The translations under genes were made by a program, and so were the position numbers. Source: Bdellovibrionales bacterium RIFOXYD12_FULL_39_22 (GTDB lineage Bacteria > Bdellovibrionota > Bacteriovoracia > Bacteriovoracales > Bacteriovoracaceae). Taken from it: a stretch of 64,000 nucleotides of DNA. The notes below the pieces were generated by a model. That model searched no databases, had not been told where the DNA came from, and was given only the letters and a program-made list of their open reading frames with translations. Where the stretch lies: assembly GCA_001770205.1 (NCBI GenBank), contig MEQL01000040.1:1-64000 (forward strand), given 5' to 3'. Shown here in pieces: positions 59,774-64,000 of the stretch. Positions within the stretch are counted from its first letter, which is position 1. Each line of letters starts with the position of its first letter.

Positions 59774-59947
59774 ATGAGTACAGATTTGGATAAAGAAGAA
59801 TTAGTTCGGCCGGAAATTTTGAAATCAGCAAGTAATAGATTCTTTTTCCGGATAGTGGGAGCGATGTTGGGTTTTTTTATGGTGATGTTTGCGGTATTTC
59901 AAATTCTTTTTTTAGCTAAAGTTCTCCCGCATGGAGGATTATTTTGA
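59774..59947 (+). CDS. small single-TM membrane protein (57 aa, absent from ORF track)
   Basis: Manual translation MSTDLDKEELVRPEILKSASNRFFFRIVGAMLGFFMVMFAVFQILFLAKVLPHGGLF*. TTGA overlap with the next start. Confidence 0.7.
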   Translation: MSTDLDKEELVRPEILKSASNRFFFRIVGAMLGFFMVMFAVFQILFLAKVLPHGGLF

Positions 59948-60741
59948 AGAAGTTTTTATTGAAAAAATTTTGGATGGATCTATGGAGTAGATCGTTGCCT
60001 GTTTTAGTTTTTATGTTCCCTTCAATAATTGGAGGCGGAATTGTGGGCGCATATCCCGGATATAAAATTTACGAATATATATGGGAAGATGCCGATTTTT
60101 GTACTTCTTGTCATGTTCATGACTATGCAACACTGGCCTGGCAAAAAAGCAGTCATGGGAAGCTTACTACCTGTCACGACTGTCACCATCAGCCGCTTAT
60201 TGCTTATGCCATGGAGCCTTTGATAATGATCACTCATCAACCTAAGTTTCCGCAGGATTTAGATCATGTGCCGCATGTTCCTAATGGCCTTTGTGAGGCC
60301 TGCCATGTTTCTGATCCACATGATACTTCCACAATAAGTGGGCCGATGGCAGAAGCAGATATTAGAAAGCTTCCCAAAGTAGATAAAACCTACCTGCATC
60401 AAATCCATTTAAATGCCAAAACCACTTACCTTTTATTGAAGGATTTTAAAATTCCGAAAGAGGCCAGGGAGAATAATACTCCAATAATGCCAGATAGGGA
60501 AAAAGGAGAGGCGCGTTCGATTACATGCAGTGATTGCCACGGTGGCCCTTCAAATAGGGGACATAATTTCTCGGCCGTTGATAGTGCTTGTATCCGTTGT
60601 CATAATCAGGTGCATACTGATTCAACAATGGTTCAAAAGTTCGGTTGTAGAAACTGTCACTTTGCTGGATTTATTATGGAAGATATTACGGAAAAAGCAT
60701 TGGAAGGGATAGAGCAAGAAGTAGGCGCAAGAGAAGAGTAA
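59944..60741 (+). CDS. membrane-anchored NapC/NirT-like hexaheme cytochrome c
   Basis: N-terminal TM, FCTSCH...W.KSSH...CHDCH pattern of the NapC/NirT N-terminus, 6 CXXCH, GGAGG RBS. Confidence 0.85.
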   Translation: MKKFLLKKFWMDLWSRSLPVLVFMFPSIIGGGIVGAYPGYKIYEYIWEDADFCTSCHVHDYATLAWQKSSHGKLTTCHDCHHQPLIAYAMEPLIMITHQPKFPQDLDHVPHVPNGLCEACHVSDPHDTSTISGPMAEADIRKLPKVDKTYLHQIHLNAKTTYLLLKDFKIPKEARENNTPIMPDREKGEARSITCSDCHGGPSNRGHNFSAVDSACIRCHNQVHTDSTMVQKFGCRNCHFAGFIMEDITEKALEGIEQEVGAREE

Positions 60742-60877
60742 TTAGTAAAAAGTCCGACCTTTGTCATAAGCTATTTTTATATTGATTAAAGTTTTTAGTT
60801 TTTAGTTAAAAAATTAGGTTAGTTGCCGACAAGGTTTTTAGGCCAGGTTTGTTCAACTAAAAGAGTAGGTGAGTTAA

Positions 60878-61831
60878 ATGAATAATTTTAATAAAAAGTC
60901 ATCTTATAGAAAGTTATTAGGTTTGTGGGCCCTGTTTGTTTTGCTATCTTTTTTAGCTATTTCCTGTACGAAGATGACTGAACTTTCAGAAGATGATACT
61001 ACTCATGGACGGATTGATCCGCTGGCGTCCTGTAGCAGTTTTCCACATTCCACTGATTTTAAACGAGGCCAGCATGGGAAGTGCTTTTCTGCGCAGAAAA
61101 ATTTATGTAAAACTTGTCACGGCCAGGATCTGACTGGAGGCAGTAGCAAGATTTCTTGCATAGGTTGTCATAAAATGTTTGATCATGATGATGATTTTGT
61201 CTATTCAACTCATGGGGCAGAGTATTTGCGAGATAGTTCTGCTTGTACCGGCTGTCACGATATTGGAGTGCTAGCGACGACTAGTCGTCCGGTTTGTTGG
61301 AATTGTCACAATTATCCTCATCCATCCACCTGGTCATTACCGGCCAATCATGGGAAGAAGTTGTTGGCCGAGTTTGATAACGGAGATATCGTGGTAAATT
61401 GTAAAGATTGTCACGCCAAGGACTCTTCTTTGCGCGAAAGGTTTCCTGAAAAATTTGTGGGTTGTGATGCTTGCCACATAGAGGTACCTCATAGCGACGA
61501 TTTTACTGATTATGATCATGGGGAAGTGGCCAGAACTTATGCTGGTGGGTGTACTAATTGTCATAAAAATATGAATACCCTTATGCCTCGTTATGGTTCA
61601 TGTCGCTACTGTCATGATGATGATTTAATTCCGGTGATGAAGTGGCTTACAGAAAAAGAGCGCAGTAGATATGGCGTACTAAATCAGAGTAATAAAAATA
61701 AGGCCAAACAGGCGGTAAGAGTTGGCCGAAATCCTTCTTCCATAGAGGCCCGGCCCAAGACTATTTGGGATAAAATAAAAGAACGTGACGTAAAGAAGGC
61801 CAATCTAAAAAATACCCCTTCTAAAAAATAA
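60878..61831 (+). CDS. lipoprotein octaheme c-type cytochrome
   Basis: Lipobox AISC, 8 CXXCH, repeated (P)H....H units, basic low-complexity tail. Confidence 0.9.
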   Translation: MNNFNKKSSYRKLLGLWALFVLLSFLAISCTKMTELSEDDTTHGRIDPLASCSSFPHSTDFKRGQHGKCFSAQKNLCKTCHGQDLTGGSSKISCIGCHKMFDHDDDFVYSTHGAEYLRDSSACTGCHDIGVLATTSRPVCWNCHNYPHPSTWSLPANHGKKLLAEFDNGDIVVNCKDCHAKDSSLRERFPEKFVGCDACHIEVPHSDDFTDYDHGEVARTYAGGCTNCHKNMNTLMPRYGSCRYCHDDDLIPVMKWLTEKERSRYGVLNQSNKNKAKQAVRVGRNPSSIEARPKTIWDKIKERDVKKANLKNTPSKK

Positions 61832-61853
61832 TTGATTAACATTAAACTTAAAA

Positions 61854-63311
61854 GTGGATGGTAGCTTGAAGAGTATAACAACGGCGGCGACCATTTTGAT
61901 AGTAGATGATGGCCCCGATTGGTTGGACACTTGCCGCGATATTTTATCAGATCATGATTTTAATGTATTGACGGCAACCAGCGGCAAGGATGTTATTAAG
62001 ATTATCCGCGATAATTTTGTTGATGTTATTATCACAGATTTAGTAATGCCTGAAATTGGAGGATTGGAGATTATTGAGAAGATTATGGCCCTAAAAGAGG
62101 GCCATAGTTGTATTTTAATGACAAGCTTTCCCTCTATCGAATCGGCCATACCCGCCTTGAAATCGGGAGCGGCCGATTATCTTATTAAACCTTTTACTCC
62201 TGAACAGCTACTTCACTCGGTTCGTAGTGTTTTAAAAAAAGATCGCTTGGCCCGAGATAATAGATTTTTGCGCGCCGAAATGGAACGTATTGGCCACTAT
62301 GGGGAGTTGATTGGCAAAAGTGATGTCATGAGAGAACTTTATCGCCAGTTAGAGTCGGCCAAGGGAATTGACTCAAGCATGTTAATTTTAGGAGAGAGTG
62401 GAACTGGTAAGGAGCTGGTGGCCCGCATTTTACACAGAAACTCTATTCGTAGTGCGAACTCTTTTGTCCCTATTAATTGTGCTGCTATTCCGGCCGATTT
62501 ATTGGAGAGCGAACTATTTGGCCATGAGGTGGGTGCCTTTAGTGGAGCAGTAAAGGCCCGCGAAGGATTATTTGAGGCCGGAGAAGGCGGAACTATTTTT
62601 CTTGATGAGATTGGAGAGATGCCATTGGCCTTACAGTCTAAATTATTACGGGTATTAGAAGATAAGAAAATTAGACGAGTGGGGGCCAATCGAGAAAAGG
62701 CCATTAACGTAAGGATTATTTCTGCTACCAATCGTAATCTTTTAGAGATGGTGAAAGAGGGGAAGTTTCGCGAAGATCTCTATTATCGCTTAAATGTTAT
62801 TTCTATGGCCATACCACCATTACGAGAACGTCGAGAGGATATTATTTTATTGCTGCAACATTATTTTTCCGTATTTGCTAGCAAAGATCGGATCGCGCCC
62901 AGCAAGATTAGCACTCAAGTGCGCGATGCCTTGCTAAAATATGCTTGGCCGGGTAACGTAAGAGAGCTTTCTAATTTGGCCCAGTTTTTATTGTATGCTA
63001 GATGTGGGGAGAGTGTGGAAGTAGAGCATCTGCCCAAGCAATTGCAGGCCATTGTCGAGCAGGCAAATGAGGAGTCGTTTGTGCAAGAGCGTTCATCATC
63101 TCAACTATTGGTAAATGATTTTTCTGCACTATATGATTTGCCTCTGGCCGAGGCCAAGCAAAAATTGGCCGATCATTTTGAAAAAAATTATATCAAAAAT
63201 TTACTTATTAAATATGATTGGAATGTATCTCAAGCGGCGGAAAAGTCCAGGTTTGATCGACGCTCTCTTCATCGTATTATTCATCGACATAATTTAAAAC
63301 GGCCAGAGTGA
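61854..63311 (+). CDS. sigma54-dependent NtrC-family response regulator
   Basis: Receiver (VDD, TDLVMP, KP), GESGTGKE, ESELFGHEVGAFSGA (GAFTGA variant), FLDEIGE, WPGNVREL, Fis-type HTH. Confidence 0.95.
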   Translation: MDGSLKSITTAATILIVDDGPDWLDTCRDILSDHDFNVLTATSGKDVIKIIRDNFVDVIITDLVMPEIGGLEIIEKIMALKEGHSCILMTSFPSIESAIPALKSGAADYLIKPFTPEQLLHSVRSVLKKDRLARDNRFLRAEMERIGHYGELIGKSDVMRELYRQLESAKGIDSSMLILGESGTGKELVARILHRNSIRSANSFVPINCAAIPADLLESELFGHEVGAFSGAVKAREGLFEAGEGGTIFLDEIGEMPLALQSKLLRVLEDKKIRRVGANREKAINVRIISATNRNLLEMVKEGKFREDLYYRLNVISMAIPPLRERREDIILLLQHYFSVFASKDRIAPSKISTQVRDALLKYAWPGNVRELSNLAQFLLYARCGESVEVEHLPKQLQAIVEQANEESFVQERSSSQLLVNDFSALYDLPLAEAKQKLADHFEKNYIKNLLIKYDWNVSQAAEKSRFDRRSLHRIIHRHNLKRPE

Positions 63312-63320
63312 AATTGGGGA

Positions 63321-63704
63321 CTATTTTAAAATGGCCTTGATGACGTTTTCTAGCTCGGAAGGGCCGTAGGGCTTCGGAACAATGAAAGAGACTCCATTTT
63401 TTTTTAATCTCTCGGTTTCTTCTTCGGAGAATGAATTACCAGTACAAAGAACTATTGGAACAGAAGCGTTGAGCTTATGTATTTCTGTAGCGAAGAGATC
63501 ACCGCGCATAAATGGCATAGATAAATCAGTGAATACGGCCAAGTAGTTAGTTGGGGAAGACTTAAACTTTGTTAATGCCTCCGTGGGGTTTAGATGAACC
63601 TCCACTTCATAACCCATATCTTGTAAAAAGAGCGTGGCAATTTCGGTGATATCAAACTCATCGTCAACAAACAAGATAGTCTTTTTGGAATGTGATTGGC
63701 ACAT
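63321..63704 (-). CDS. stand-alone response regulator receiver protein
   Basis: ILFVDDE, TDLSMP, CTG, KP. Confidence 0.92.
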   Translation of the reverse strand: MCQSHSKKTILFVDDEFDITEIATLFLQDMGYEVEVHLNPTEALTKFKSSPTNYLAVFTDLSMPFMRGDLFATEIHKLNASVPIVLCTGNSFSEEETERLKKNGVSFIVPKPYGPSELENVIKAILK

Positions 63705-63734
63705 AATTAATTATTGATCAGATCCAAAAAGAAG

Positions 63735-63974
63735 TCATCCTATTTTTTCTTTAAAAATAAGCTCACACGCCTGTGAGTAGGAGTGCAATTGTTGTTGGAC
63801 AATAATATTTAAAACCGCTTGATGAATTTGCGCGGTCTTTTGGGTGAAAAAATTAGAGATAGTTTGGAAAAAATACTCTTCATTTTTATTTAAGTGCAGG
63901 CCTTGTTCTTCAACAAATGCCATCAAGAGCGGTGCAAGGCCGGTTAGTTCAGAAGGAATGAATATTTTTTCCAT
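63735..63974 (-). CDS. hypothetical protein
   Basis: 79-aa ORF co-oriented and 30 bp upstream of the receiver gene. Confidence 0.6.
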   Translation of the reverse strand: MEKIFIPSELTGLAPLLMAFVEEQGLHLNKNEEYFFQTISNFFTQKTAQIHQAVLNIIVQQQLHSYSQACELIFKEKIG

Positions 63975-64000
63975 AGATAATCTTAAGACAGCTTCTGCGG

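Overview
AT-rich bacterial chromosomal window. Gene content and synteny (sucC-sucD-ndk-carD, TIGR03545/46 pair, Bacteroidetes-type mevalonate operon, sigma54 signalling) suggest a Bdellovibrionota/Oligoflexia-like organism, which is an inference only. Positions 1-8.3 kb are an accessory hotspot: a secreted protein, a GH13 alpha-amylase, three toxin-antitoxin-like modules (one decayed), a complete IS21 (4124-6762, 5-bp GAATT target duplication), a transposase remnant and att-like repeats. Positions 8.4-16.2 kb hold two beta-barrel genes and a LolD/FtsX/FtsX/LolA-like export cassette. Positions 16.8-41 kb are mostly housekeeping genes (sucCD, ndk, carD, gltX, cysS, uvrB, ung, rsmI), two chemoreceptor modules and a sigma54-driven outer-membrane protein. 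At 41-54 kb a mevalonate operon with no HMG-CoA synthase converges on a leucine-catabolic liuBCDE operon. At 55-63 kb is the strongest candidate for an undescribed system: a porin plus six multiheme c-type cytochromes (38 CXXCH + 1 CX3CH by manual count), including a NapC/NirT-like membrane cytochrome, two lipoproteins and a propeller-12-heme fusion, followed by a sigma54 activator. This looks like a quinone-to-cell-surface electron conduit. The palindrome GGCC is also strongly over-represented in core genes. No tRNA, rRNA or CRISPR array was found. All calls are from motif recognition, without database searches.
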